The notes: generated by a model not told the origin, from the sequence alone. DNA of 64,000 nt from Puniceicoccaceae bacterium (GCA_040224245.1 JBEGIR010000018.1:6378-70377); one strand, 5' to 3'. Shown: positions 20,276 to 29,189, counted from the first letter of the stretch. Numbers and translations: made by a program.

Positions 20276-20330
20276 TCGCTAGCGATCCAATTCGCCCCGG
20301 TCCAATGTCAGTCCCGGGGACTCTGCACGA

Positions 20331-21866
20331 TCAATGCCTCTCGTCCAGGATAACGGTCGTCGCCGCCTCAAATTCATCCTGTGTCTGCCTCACGTACTGA
20401 TCGATGGACACCATTCGCTCGTAGAATTTGCCCATCCAGAAATCACGGTGAACGGTTTCATTCTCGTCCGCAAAATGGTAACCTTCCCATCCGATGTAGT
20501 TGGTGTAGTTGCGGTGATAAACGACCTCATCCACGTAGCGGCGCATATTGCTCCAGTAAGTGCCCTCCCATCCGATGCGCGCGATTTCATTGCGCAAATT
20601 CTGGGTTGCCTGCTGGGTTTGCACAAATTCGGCTTCCAATTGACTATTGAGATCCCACGCATCCTCAACCACAGTCATGCCGGGAAGCCGGTCCAGATGT
20701 GATTCGGTGGCGTGATCGTAGAATGCATCGGGATCGCCAGGTTCGCGCAACAGGCTCACCTGGTAGGGAACTCCATACGTCGGAATCTCCGGATCATCAA
20801 AATTTTCCGTAAAAATGTAGATCGCATTCTCAAATCCATCATCCTGCATGATGCGGAATTTGCCGATAAAAGGGGAATCGATACGAATGACACGGTCCGC
20901 ATCCATCTCAACCTTCAGCCATCCCAGTTGCGCGTGTTTGATGATGGGCCAATTCTCATCGTGATAGATTCCCAGTTCCGGGTGATACTTCCAGCCGTCC
21001 TCATTGTCTTCAGCTTCGGAGTCCAGCCATTCCTTTCCTTTCGCGGTCCAGTGACCCTGCATGCGCAGGTACTCCCGGGCATAGCGCTCACCGAGCAATC
21101 GCTGCCCCTCTGTGCTGAAATGAACGGGATCATCGGCAATGTAGGGAATGTCCGCAGAGGTCACATAACCCGTGCGAAAAAAGGTAGTTCCCACAAATTT
21201 CAGTCGATCCCATACTCTTTTACGAAGAATATTTTTTTCGATCAATTGCGGATCTGACGTAATGCCAGCCACAATGAAGGGCAGAGAGGCGTCCTGCAGA
21301 TCCAGCCGCAATCCATCGATCAGGGTGCGCAAATTGCGGTCATAGGCATAAGCCAGCGAAGTATCCCCCGTTTCGGCTTCCCCCTGGTGCCAGAGGATGC
21401 CTTTCAAAGTGCCGATCTGGCGCGCAGTCGCAGCGGCATGCAGGACCTCAAAATACTTGCCACTTGGCTTTGACCAGTAGGCAATGCGCGTGCCACCCTC
21501 AGCGAGGGAAATCAGACCTACTGTGATGTCCGGATCCTCGGCGATGAGTGTTTTCGCAAACTGAAATCCCGGCCCCACAGCCTTGGAATAGTTGTTTGTG
21601 ATCGGATCTTTGGCGACCTCCCAAAAACCGGACTTGTTCAGCTTGAGGATGCGCGGGTCGGTTTCGGTATCCATGGCACCGTCCACAGATTGCCCGCCTT
21701 CCATATTGGACTGCCCCATCAACAGGAAGATGTGAAACTTTTCCGGATCTTCCGGGATCGAAGCCACCTGAGCCTGAAGGGATGCGCCAAGCAAAGCCAA
21801 AAGCCATGCAAATTTTGCCACGGACCGAAAAGGAAAAACACACCTCATAGTAAAAATCCCGATCAT
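20331..21866 (-). CDS. Secreted SASA/SGNH-type carbohydrate esterase (sialate O-acetylesterase-like) with unassigned ~250-aa C-terminal domain, paralog 1
   Basis: Signal peptide, FHIFLLMGQSNMEGG (catalytic Ser block), ILWHQGEAE and DDPVHFS (Asp/His). The C-terminal half (GWKYHPELGIYHD...YHRNYTNYIGWEGYHF...) matches nothing I know. An alternative ATG is at 21848. Confidence 0.8.
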   Translation of the reverse strand: MIGIFTMRCVFPFRSVAKFAWLLALLGASLQAQVASIPEDPEKFHIFLLMGQSNMEGGQSVDGAMDTETDPRILKLNKSGFWEVAKDPITNNYSKAVGPGFQFAKTLIAEDPDITVGLISLAEGGTRIAYWSKPSGKYFEVLHAAATARQIGTLKGILWHQGEAETGDTSLAYAYDRNLRTLIDGLRLDLQDASLPFIVAGITSDPQLIEKNILRKRVWDRLKFVGTTFFRTGYVTSADIPYIADDPVHFSTEGQRLLGERYAREYLRMQGHWTAKGKEWLDSEAEDNEDGWKYHPELGIYHDENWPIIKHAQLGWLKVEMDADRVIRIDSPFIGKFRIMQDDGFENAIYIFTENFDDPEIPTYGVPYQVSLLREPGDPDAFYDHATESHLDRLPGMTVVEDAWDLNSQLEAEFVQTQQATQNLRNEIARIGWEGTYWSNMRRYVDEVVYHRNYTNYIGWEGYHFADENETVHRDFWMGKFYERMVSIDQYVRQTQDEFEAATTVILDERH

Positions 21867-21972
21867 CTTAATGGGGAACGATTAAAACAATCTTGTAAAA
21901 TCTGCCAAGCAAAACCGACAAAAATCGACGCGCCCTCAAAACCCAAAGGTCGCATGTTCAGAACAAGGGCAA

Positions 21973-23538
21973 TCAGCGGGTCAGCAGGACATCGGTCGCC
22001 GCCTGAAACTCATGCTGGGCCTGCACCACATAGTCATCGATGAAAAACAGGCGCTCAAAAAACTTGTCCATCCAGAACTGGCGGAACGGAATCGCATTCT
22101 GTCGTGCAAAATGGTAACCCTCCCATCCAATGGTGTTGGTGTAGTTGCGATGATACACCACTTCATCCACCAAGCGACGCATGTTGCTCCAGTAAAACGA
22201 ATCGGAATCCACCGCTGCAATCTGATTGCGCAACTCCTGAGCCGCGACCTGAGTCTGGTAAAATTCCGCCTCCACGAGACTGTTCAGATCCCAGGCATCC
22301 TGCACCACCGTCATACCGGGAAGGCGGTCGAGGTAGGCATTAATGCTGTGATCATAGAACGCCAAGGCATCGCCCGGCTCGCGCAGAAGGGAGACATAGT
22401 ATGGAATCCCATACGTCGGGTTATCCGGATCTTCCGTATTTTCCGTAAAAATGTAGATTGCATTCTCAAACCCATCATTCTGCGTGATGCGAAACTTGCC
22501 AATAAAGGGAGAGTCCAGGCGAATCACGTGATCGGGATCGATATCCACCTGCAACCAACCCAACTGCGCATGTTTAAGGATTGGCCAGTGTGCGTCATGA
22601 TAAATCCCCAGTTCCGGGTGGTACTTCCAGCCATCTCCGTTGTCGATGGCCTCGGCGTCCAGCCATTGCTTTCCCTTCGCCGTCCAGTGTCCTTCCAGTC
22701 GCAGATACTCACGCGCATAGCGCTGCCCCATCTGTCGCTGCCCTTCCGAACTGAAGTGAATGGGGTCATCCTCAATGTAGGGAATGTCAACTGAGGAAAC
22801 ATAGGCAGCGCGAAAAAACGTCGAACCCACCCACTTCTGTCGGTCCCATACCCGCTTGCGCAATTGGTTTTTCTTGATGAGTTCTGCGTCGGTGGTGATG
22901 CCGCCCACCAGAAAGGGAAGATAGGCGTCCTGCAGATCCAGGCGGAGGTTATCAATCAGGCGCATGAGTTTGCGGTCGTAGCTATCAGCCAATACCGAGC
23001 TGCCAGTGTCCGCCTCGCCCTGATGCCAGAGGATTCCCTTCAACGTGCCGTCCTGTCGCGCACGGTTGGCGTAGTACAAGACCGTCTGGTACTGCATACC
23101 GGGTTTGGACCAGAACGCAATCGGAGTGCCCCCCACCGCAAGCGGGATGAGGCCCACCGTGATATCGGGATCTTCTGCGATCAGTTCCTTGGCAAACTGA
23201 AATCCGGGGCCGACTGCTTCGCTGTAATTGTTGGTGATCGGATCTTTGGCAACCGCCCAGCCGGAGGCATTGAGCTTGAGGATGCGCGGATCCGATTCCG
23301 TATCCATCTCACCATCCACAGACTGCCCACCTTCCATGTTGGATTGGCCCATGAGCAGAAAAATGTGAAATTTGCCAGGGTCTTCCGGAAGGGTTGCAGC
23401 TTCCCCCCATAGCACAGGTGAAATGCCCGCAACACCTGTCGCGATCCAGAACGAAATCCATGCGCGGCGCCATGCGCCGACGCGTTGCTTTTCGAATCCC
23501 ATTTTCATGAAACTACCGCCTGCCATATTTCTGTTCAT
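21973..23538 (-). CDS. Secreted SASA/SGNH-type carbohydrate esterase-like protein with the same C-terminal domain, paralog 2
   Basis: Same motif set (FHIFLLMGQSNMEGG, ILWHQGEAD, DDPIHFS) and the same C-terminal domain. The track start at 23547 is TTG; the first ATG is at 23538. Several in-frame ATGs follow, so the exact start is uncertain. Confidence 0.8.
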   Translation of the reverse strand: MNRNMAGGSFMKMGFEKQRVGAWRRAWISFWIATGVAGISPVLWGEAATLPEDPGKFHIFLLMGQSNMEGGQSVDGEMDTESDPRILKLNASGWAVAKDPITNNYSEAVGPGFQFAKELIAEDPDITVGLIPLAVGGTPIAFWSKPGMQYQTVLYYANRARQDGTLKGILWHQGEADTGSSVLADSYDRKLMRLIDNLRLDLQDAYLPFLVGGITTDAELIKKNQLRKRVWDRQKWVGSTFFRAAYVSSVDIPYIEDDPIHFSSEGQRQMGQRYAREYLRLEGHWTAKGKQWLDAEAIDNGDGWKYHPELGIYHDAHWPILKHAQLGWLQVDIDPDHVIRLDSPFIGKFRITQNDGFENAIYIFTENTEDPDNPTYGIPYYVSLLREPGDALAFYDHSINAYLDRLPGMTVVQDAWDLNSLVEAEFYQTQVAAQELRNQIAAVDSDSFYWSNMRRLVDEVVYHRNYTNTIGWEGYHFARQNAIPFRQFWMDKFFERLFFIDDYVVQAQHEFQAATDVLLTR

Positions 23539-23698
23539 AGACCTCAAAATCTGTTCAAAGGTTCAATTCTGCAGCTCGCAATCCTTCCCTTCTGATCATG
23601 TGTTGCAAAAGCCCATTTGCCACTTCTGCAAAACCATTGCGTCGACTGTGAAAATTCCGCAAGCTCAAAGCTGATCATCACTCAATCCCATTTGTTTC

Positions 23699-25090
23699 AT
23701 GCCTGCAACTATTCTGATCGTCGACGACGAACGTCACACCCGCGAAGGACTCGAGGCCGCACTCGAGGATCAATACGAAATCTATCTGGCCAGTGATGCC
23801 GATGAGGCCTTCAATCTGCTCGACTCCGAATCGTTCGATGTGGTGCTCACCGACCTGCGCATGGCGGGAAAATCGGGGATGAAGGTGATCGATCATGCCC
23901 TGAAAAAAACCTATCAGCCCGTCTGCATCATGATGACCGCCTATGGCAACATCGAAACCGCAGTCGAGGCGATGAAGCGGGGTGCGTATGATTTCATGAC
24001 CAAGCCGGTCAATCTCGAGAAACTTGAGATCATGATCGCGCGGGCACTCAAATCGAAAGAACTCGAAGTGGAGAACCAAATCCTCCACGAACGTCTCGAT
24101 CACAAATTCAGTCTGACGGGCATCATCGGCAACTCCCCTGCCCTGCACCAGGTGCTGGATCGCGTCAAACTGGTGGCACCCTCCCGTGCGGCCGTTTTGC
24201 TTCAGGGTGAAACCGGTACGGGAAAGGAGCTGGTTGCCCAATCCATTCACCAGAACAGTCCCCGCGCGAAAAACAACTTCATTGCAGTGCACTGCGCCGC
24301 ACTTGCCAGCAATCTGCTTGAAAGCGAATTGTTTGGGCATGAAAAAGGGGCGTTCACGGGTGCAACCGAACGTCGGATGGGGAGATTTGAAGCCGCCGAC
24401 GGTGGCACGCTCTTCCTTGATGAAATTGGAGAAATCGAGCCTTCCACCCAAGTCAAACTCCTACGCTTTCTCGATACCAAGACCTTCGAACGTCTCGGCA
24501 GCATCAAGCCGATCCAGGTGGACGTGAGGTTGGTCTGCGCGACGAATCGGGATCTCGAAAAAATGGCCAAGAAGGGTGAGTTCCGGGATGACCTGCTCTA
24601 TCGTCTCAATACCGTGACCCTCAACCTGCCTCCCTTGCGGGAACGCAAGGAGGACATCCCGCTGTTGCTCAATCACTATCTCAAATCCTTCTCTGAGGAA
24701 AATGGATTCGACATGGCGCAACTTACCCCAGAGGCACTTCAAATCCTGCAAAACTACCGTTGGCCAGGCAACATCCGCGAGCTGCGCAATGTCTGCGAAA
24801 ACCTCGTGGTGCTCAACCCTGGACGCGTGATCGGAGAATACGATTTGGACAGTCGATTCCACTCGGATACTGGCAATACCGTATCGACGACCCCACTTCC
24901 GGCACCCGGACTCTCCGTCGAAGCCAATGAAAAACGGTTGCTGCACAACGCTCTGGTGCAAAGCAAGGGCAACCGCACGCAGGCGGCCAAGCTGCTGGGC
25001 ATCAGCCGACGCACCCTGCACCGCAAGCTGCTTCAATGGCCGGACCTCGATACCCATTCCCGTGCATCAAAATCGGAAGCGCAGGAATGA
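23699..25090 (+). CDS. Sigma54-dependent response regulator (NtrC/AtoC family)
   Basis: REC domain (ILIVDDE...VVLTDLRMAG), AAA+ domain (GETGTGKE, ESELFGHEKGAFTGA = GAFTGA motif), and a C-terminal Fis-type HTH (AAKLLGISRRTLHRKL). Confidence 0.93.
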   Translation: MPATILIVDDERHTREGLEAALEDQYEIYLASDADEAFNLLDSESFDVVLTDLRMAGKSGMKVIDHALKKTYQPVCIMMTAYGNIETAVEAMKRGAYDFMTKPVNLEKLEIMIARALKSKELEVENQILHERLDHKFSLTGIIGNSPALHQVLDRVKLVAPSRAAVLLQGETGTGKELVAQSIHQNSPRAKNNFIAVHCAALASNLLESELFGHEKGAFTGATERRMGRFEAADGGTLFLDEIGEIEPSTQVKLLRFLDTKTFERLGSIKPIQVDVRLVCATNRDLEKMAKKGEFRDDLLYRLNTVTLNLPPLRERKEDIPLLLNHYLKSFSEENGFDMAQLTPEALQILQNYRWPGNIRELRNVCENLVVLNPGRVIGEYDLDSRFHSDTGNTVSTTPLPAPGLSVEANEKRLLHNALVQSKGNRTQAAKLLGISRRTLHRKLLQWPDLDTHSRASKSEAQE

Positions 25091-25138
25091 CCCGGATTCG
25101 CATTGCTTTCGATTTTCATGTTTTTTCAAGATTTCCCA

Positions 25139-25167
25139 TTGACTTGAAAAAAATCATTCGCTTTAAA
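25139..25167 (+). promoter_or_regulatory. Candidate sigma70-type promoter for tRNA-Gly
   Basis: TTGACT (25139-25144), a 17-nt spacer, then TTTAAA (25162-25167), about 25 nt upstream of the tRNA 5' end. Called by motif only. Confidence 0.35.
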
Positions 25168-25191
25168 TCAATGCTTCATGACCACCGATGA

Positions 25192-25267
25192 GCGGGCGTA
25201 GCTCAATTGGTAGAGTACCACCTTGCCAAGGTGGATGTTGACGGTTCGAACCCGTTCGCCCGCTCCA
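25192..25267 (+). tRNA. tRNA-Gly (anticodon GCC)
   Basis: Hand-folded cloverleaf: acceptor GCGGGCG/CGCCCGC, D-arm GCTC..GAGT, anticodon stem CCACC/GGTGG with loop TTGCCAA, T-arm GACGG-TTCGAAC-CCGTT. CCA is encoded. Confidence 0.93.
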
Positions 25268-25276
25268 ATTTTCAAG

Positions 25277-25298
25277 TCCCCTTTCAATGGGGATTTTT
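25277..25298 (+). terminator. Small intrinsic terminator after tRNA-Gly
   Basis: TCCCC (25277-25281), loop TTTCAAT, GGGGA (25289-25293), then TTTTT. Confidence 0.45.
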
Positions 25299-25360
25299 GG
25301 TGTACAGCCGCCACCACACCCGATTCAGAATGAAGTCTGGATACCTGTGGGCGAAGTTCA

Positions 25361-26131
25361 TCAGCGCCCCATCCAGCCTCCATCCACGACGAGGATTTCC
25401 CCGTTCACATAATCGGAGGCAGCACTTGCCAGAAACACGATGGGACCTTTGAAATCTTCCGGGCGTCCCCATCTTCCAGCTGGAATGCGGGCAAGGATTT
25501 GCTCGCTGCGCACGGGATCATTGCGCAGAGCCTCAGTATTGTCTGTCGCGATATATCCGGGAGCAATGGCATTCACCTGAATTCCCCCTGCAGCCCATTC
25601 ATTTGCCAGTGCTTTTGTCAGCTGTCCGATGCCACCCTTGCTCGCAGCATATCCGGGAACGGTGATTCCGCCCTGAAACGTCAGCAGTGAAGCCGTAAAA
25701 ATGATTTTGCCCGAACCCCGCTTTAACATTTGACCCCCAATGGCACGGGACAGGTAAAACTGGGCGTTGAGATTCGTATCAATGACCTCCTGCCACAGCG
25801 CATCGCCATGCTCCGCAGCGGGTGCGCGCTGAATAGTACCAGCGTTGTTCACAAGGATGTCAGGGGTTCCAACCTCCTTCATCGCCTGCTCCGCGAAGCG
25901 CTTCACTGCCTCCCGGTCACGAAAATCACATTGGTATGCCCAGAAGCGTCGACCCAACGATTCCACACGCTTCCTCACTTCGCTGCTCCCGGTTTCGAGC
26001 GAAGCCGAAACCCCAATGACATCTGCTCCTGCTTCTGCAAGCGCTTCGGCCATCGCAAGACCAATTCCACGTTTGCATCCCGTGACGAGCGCAAGTTTAC
26101 CCTCCAGTGAAAACAGTTCGTTTTTCATCAT
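25361..26131 (-). CDS. kduD: 2-dehydro-3-deoxy-D-gluconate 5-dehydrogenase (SDR)
   Basis: Close to E. coli KduD throughout as I recall it (FSLEGKLALVTGC..., NAIAPGYIATDNT, DRIPAGRWG, ASDYVNG..VDGGW). Confidence 0.9.
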   Translation of the reverse strand: MMKNELFSLEGKLALVTGCKRGIGLAMAEALAEAGADVIGVSASLETGSSEVRKRVESLGRRFWAYQCDFRDREAVKRFAEQAMKEVGTPDILVNNAGTIQRAPAAEHGDALWQEVIDTNLNAQFYLSRAIGGQMLKRGSGKIIFTASLLTFQGGITVPGYAASKGGIGQLTKALANEWAAGGIQVNAIAPGYIATDNTEALRNDPVRSEQILARIPAGRWGRPEDFKGPIVFLASAASDYVNGEILVVDGGWMGR

Positions 26132-26149
26132 GATATCCCAGTTTCGAGC

Positions 26150-26980
26150 TTACCGAAGCGTGCGGATCGGCGCGGGATCCATGTCGTCGAATCGCTGGTT
26201 TTCTCCCCCCATTGCCCAGACGAAAGTATAGTTGGCAGTCCCACAACCCGAATGGATACTCCACGCTGGAGACAACACAGCATCGCAGTTGGCCACACAA
26301 AGATGACGAGTCTGCTGAGGATCACCCATGAAGTGAAATACTGCATTGTCCTCGGGAATGCCAAAGTACAGGTAAACCTCACTGCGGCGGGTGTGCGTGT
26401 GCGGCGGCATGGTGTTCCATACGCTTCCCGGTTTCAGCTCGGTGAACCCCATGACCAGCTGGCAACTCTGGATGCCGTTCTCATGAATGTACTGATAGAT
26501 GACACGCTCATTCGCTGTTTCAGAAGAGCCAAGATGCACCTGATTCGCATCCTTGAGGGTTGCCTTTCGAGTTGGATAGCACTGATGCGCCGGATAACTG
26601 ATCAGGTAAAACCTTGCGGCTTTCCCCGGAGCGTTTGCAAAAGAGATCGATTCACTGCCCCGGCCAATGTAGAGACACTCGCGGTTCTCCAGAGGAAACA
26701 CTTCGCCGTCCACCACAACCTGTCCCGCCTCACCAATGTTCAAGACGCCAAGCTCGCGACGCTCGCAAAATGTTGCGGACCGTAATTCCTCGGCAGCGTC
26801 CAGCGTGAGTTCACTTTTCCCCGGACAAGCTGCACCGACAATGACGCGATCGATGTCACAGTAGTTCAACGTCAAGGAACCCGTTTGGAAAAGATCCTGC
26901 AGTAGAAAACGCGAGCGCAGTTCATCGGTGTTCATGCGCTGATATTCGTTCATGGAAGCGACGGCGTGAATGTTCATCAT
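26150..26980 (-). CDS. kduI: 5-dehydro-4-deoxy-D-glucuronate isomerase
   Basis: The C-terminus NYTFVWAMGGENQRFDDMD matches KduI. Re-called from ATG 26980 (276 aa). Lies 18 nt upstream of kduD. Confidence 0.9.
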   Translation of the reverse strand: MMNIHAVASMNEYQRMNTDELRSRFLLQDLFQTGSLTLNYCDIDRVIVGAACPGKSELTLDAAEELRSATFCERRELGVLNIGEAGQVVVDGEVFPLENRECLYIGRGSESISFANAPGKAARFYLISYPAHQCYPTRKATLKDANQVHLGSSETANERVIYQYIHENGIQSCQLVMGFTELKPGSVWNTMPPHTHTRRSEVYLYFGIPEDNAVFHFMGDPQQTRHLCVANCDAVLSPAWSIHSGCGTANYTFVWAMGGENQRFDDMDPAPIRTLR

Positions 26981-27065
26981 GTGGGTAAGGTTCAGTAAAT
27001 CAAAGCGGCTTATACCAAGCCAAGAACGCTGCAGCATAACCCATCCGAGAAACTCAGGTCAACGG

Positions 27066-27102
27066 AATTCCAAACTTGACGTATTGTTTCATATTTGGAA
27101 TT
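27066..27102. promoter_or_regulatory. Perfect 9-bp inverted repeat in the kduI / IclR-regulator divergent region (candidate operator)
   Basis: AATTCCAAA (27066-27074) and TTTGGAATT (27094-27102), separated by 19 bp. It ends 9 bp before the regulator ATG. Confidence 0.35.
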
Positions 27103-27110
27103 TAATAAGG

Positions 27111-27878
27111 ATGCCAGATTACACCATACCCAATCTGAAAAATGCCTGTCGCATCCTGGATTGCCTCGGGCAGTGCAAGGATGCCATGAGCAATGCTGAG
27201 CTGGCGAACCAACTTGATATTCCCCGCAGTACGGTATTGCGCATCCTCTGTACCCTTGAGGCACAGCGCTTTGTGCGACGCATCGGAAAACGTTACCTCT
27301 TGGGCATGGCACTCATTCCTCTCGGAACCGCTGCAGGTGGACAGCACTCACTGCTCGAAGAATGCCAGCCACTCCTGGCGTCCATCACCCAGGATTCTGA
27401 AGAGACCAGCCACCTGGTGACACTGGTCAATGACAAAGCCCTCATTCTGCAGGTCTGTGCCAGTCCGCACCCCATGAGCGCCCACTCCAGGAAGGGCACG
27501 CTTGCCGACTTGCACTGCTCAGCCTCAGGAAAAGTACTGCTGGCCTATCTTCCGGAAGCGGAACGAGAAGCTTGTCTTGCCCGAATTCCGCTGCATGCAC
27601 GTACACCGCATACCCTGACGCGGGCACGTGATCTGAAGAAGGAACTACAGGAGGTGCGACATCAAGGGTATGCCATCGACGAACAGGAATATCACCTTGG
27701 TGTTCGCTGCATGGCAACTCCGGTATTTTCAACAGATGGAAGCGTCTGTCACGCCATCGGAATCACTGCATCCATTTACCGTTTCACAGAGGATCGCATC
27801 CCCACCATGCTCAACCTGCTCCAAAATGCGTCCCGGGAGCTTAGCATTGCCGCATCCCTCGGGCTATCAACCGAATAG
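27111..27878 (+). CDS. IclR-family transcriptional regulator (KdgR-like)
   Basis: N-terminal wHTH (MSNAELANQLDIPRSTVLRILCTLEAQRFV) and a C-terminal IclR effector domain. Divergent from kduI-kduD. Re-called from ATG 27111. Confidence 0.85.
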   Translation: MPDYTIPNLKNACRILDCLGQCKDAMSNAELANQLDIPRSTVLRILCTLEAQRFVRRIGKRYLLGMALIPLGTAAGGQHSLLEECQPLLASITQDSEETSHLVTLVNDKALILQVCASPHPMSAHSRKGTLADLHCSASGKVLLAYLPEAEREACLARIPLHARTPHTLTRARDLKKELQEVRHQGYAIDEQEYHLGVRCMATPVFSTDGSVCHAIGITASIYRFTEDRIPTMLNLLQNASRELSIAASLGLSTE

Positions 27879-27938
27879 TCATGAGCATCATCGTTTTCGT
27901 ACTTCACTGATCCCCTCAGTGCCCTGTATGATAATGCT

Positions 27939-29189
27939 ATGGATCTGATTCAGAACTACGGACAGTCACTGCTTTCGCTCACGGCGGAAATGGCTCCATA
28001 CCTCCTGCTTGGATTCCTCACCGCAGGCATCACACATGCATTTTTTCCAAAGGACTTCATCAAACGCCATCTGGGTGGCAGTGGCCTCATGCAGAGCCTC
28101 AAGGCCTCCCTCATTGGTGTCCCACTGCCAGTCTGTTCCTGCGGAGTTATCCCTCTTGCCAAGGAGTTGAAAAAGAACGGTGCCAGCAACGCAGGAGTCG
28201 CATCCTTTCTCACCTCCACCCCACAAACCGGTGTTGACAGCATCGTCGCTACCGCCGGGTTGATTGGACTTCCCTTCGCCGTGATTCGCGTGATCGTGGC
28301 ATTTGTTTCGGGAATTCTCACGGGTACGATCATTGGTTTGCTGGATCGCCAACCCACGAAACATCAGCCCGTTACCGAGTCGTCAAACGCAACTGCCCGC
28401 TCCAGCCGCTCCCTCAAGGCCATCCTCTCCTACGCTCTCATCGAACTGCCATCCGATATCCGTCGCTCGCTCACAACGGGTCTGCTCATTGCTGCGCTCA
28501 TCACCCTGCTGCTCCCGGATGTTTCCAGCTTCACAAGCGATCAACCGAGATGGTTGACCTACCTTGGAATTTCCGCACTCGCGATTCCTCTCTATGTCTG
28601 CTCAACCGGCTCCATCCCCATCGCCATCGCACTGATCGCCTCTGGACTCACCCCTGGTGCGGCACTGCTTTTTCTGGTAGCAGGACCCGCAACAAGCATT
28701 GTTACCGTCATTACCATGATCAGCATCATCGGATGGAAAAATTCGATCTTCTTTCTGATTTCGCTCAACGCCATGGCCTGGGGTGCCGCATTTATCGTCG
28801 ATTCAAACTGGTTCGGCATCGAACTCGCAACTTCCCTATCACACATACACGACCACGGAATCACACCCTTCCAATGGATTTGCATCGCCGTCTTTCTCAC
28901 ATCCATGCTCGCCGACCCTCTGCTGCGAACCTATCGAAAGATTCAGCGCTCGCGAGTCGCGGTTTCAGAATCCGATAACTGGCAATCTGTTGAACTTGAG
29001 ATCGAGGGAATGAGTTGTTCCAAATGTGCTGCAAAGGTAACTGGTATCCTCGAGTCATCGCATCACCATCGCAACATTCAGGTCGATCTGGAACAAAAAC
29101 GGGTAAGCCTTGAAGCCACCCGTATCGAGAGCGATCAAATCCGAACCAAGCTCGAAGCAGCCGGATATCAGTTGCTTGACATTCGCTAA
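27939..29189 (+). CDS. Permease (ArsP/DUF318-type, SO_0444-like Cu/Zn efflux family) fused to a C-terminal HMA metal-binding domain
   Basis: Polytopic protein with LPVCSCGVIPLAKEL and TSTPQTGVDS. The last ~70 aa form a heavy-metal-associated domain with GMSCSKCAAKV (MxCxxC). Confidence 0.8.
   Translation: MDLIQNYGQSLLSLTAEMAPYLLLGFLTAGITHAFFPKDFIKRHLGGSGLMQSLKASLIGVPLPVCSCGVIPLAKELKKNGASNAGVASFLTSTPQTGVDSIVATAGLIGLPFAVIRVIVAFVSGILTGTIIGLLDRQPTKHQPVTESSNATARSSRSLKAILSYALIELPSDIRRSLTTGLLIAALITLLLPDVSSFTSDQPRWLTYLGISALAIPLYVCSTGSIPIAIALIASGLTPGAALLFLVAGPATSIVTVITMISIIGWKNSIFFLISLNAMAWGAAFIVDSNWFGIELATSLSHIHDHGITPFQWICIAVFLTSMLADPLLRTYRKIQRSRVAVSESDNWQSVELEIEGMSCSKCAAKVTGILESSHHHRNIQVDLEQKRVSLEATRIESDQIRTKLEAAGYQLLDIR

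Larger units (their letters stand above)
20331..23547 (-). repeat. Tandem gene duplication (two head-to-tail paralogs)
   Basis: The two proteins align end to end by eye, with most positions identical. The DNA is visibly similar but diverged, so this is not a recent duplication. Confidence 0.85.

Noticed and set aside
23604-23622. A sigma54-like element on the minus strand (TGGCA-N9-TTGCA) upstream of esterase paralog 2.
   Set aside because: The spacing between the GG and GC dinucleotides is 15 nt instead of the invariant 12 nt (TGGCAC-N5-TTGC), so it is not a functional -24/-12 promoter as it stands.
23678-24451. A 257-aa minus-strand ORF overlapping the response-regulator gene.
   Set aside because: It is antisense to a canonical NtrC-family gene with all motifs intact and has no independent support.
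25192-29189. Possible genomic island integrated at tRNA-Gly (kduID, IclR regulator, metal permease).
   Set aside because: There is no integrase, no visible direct repeat of the tRNA 3' end, and the genes are ordinary metabolic or transport genes.
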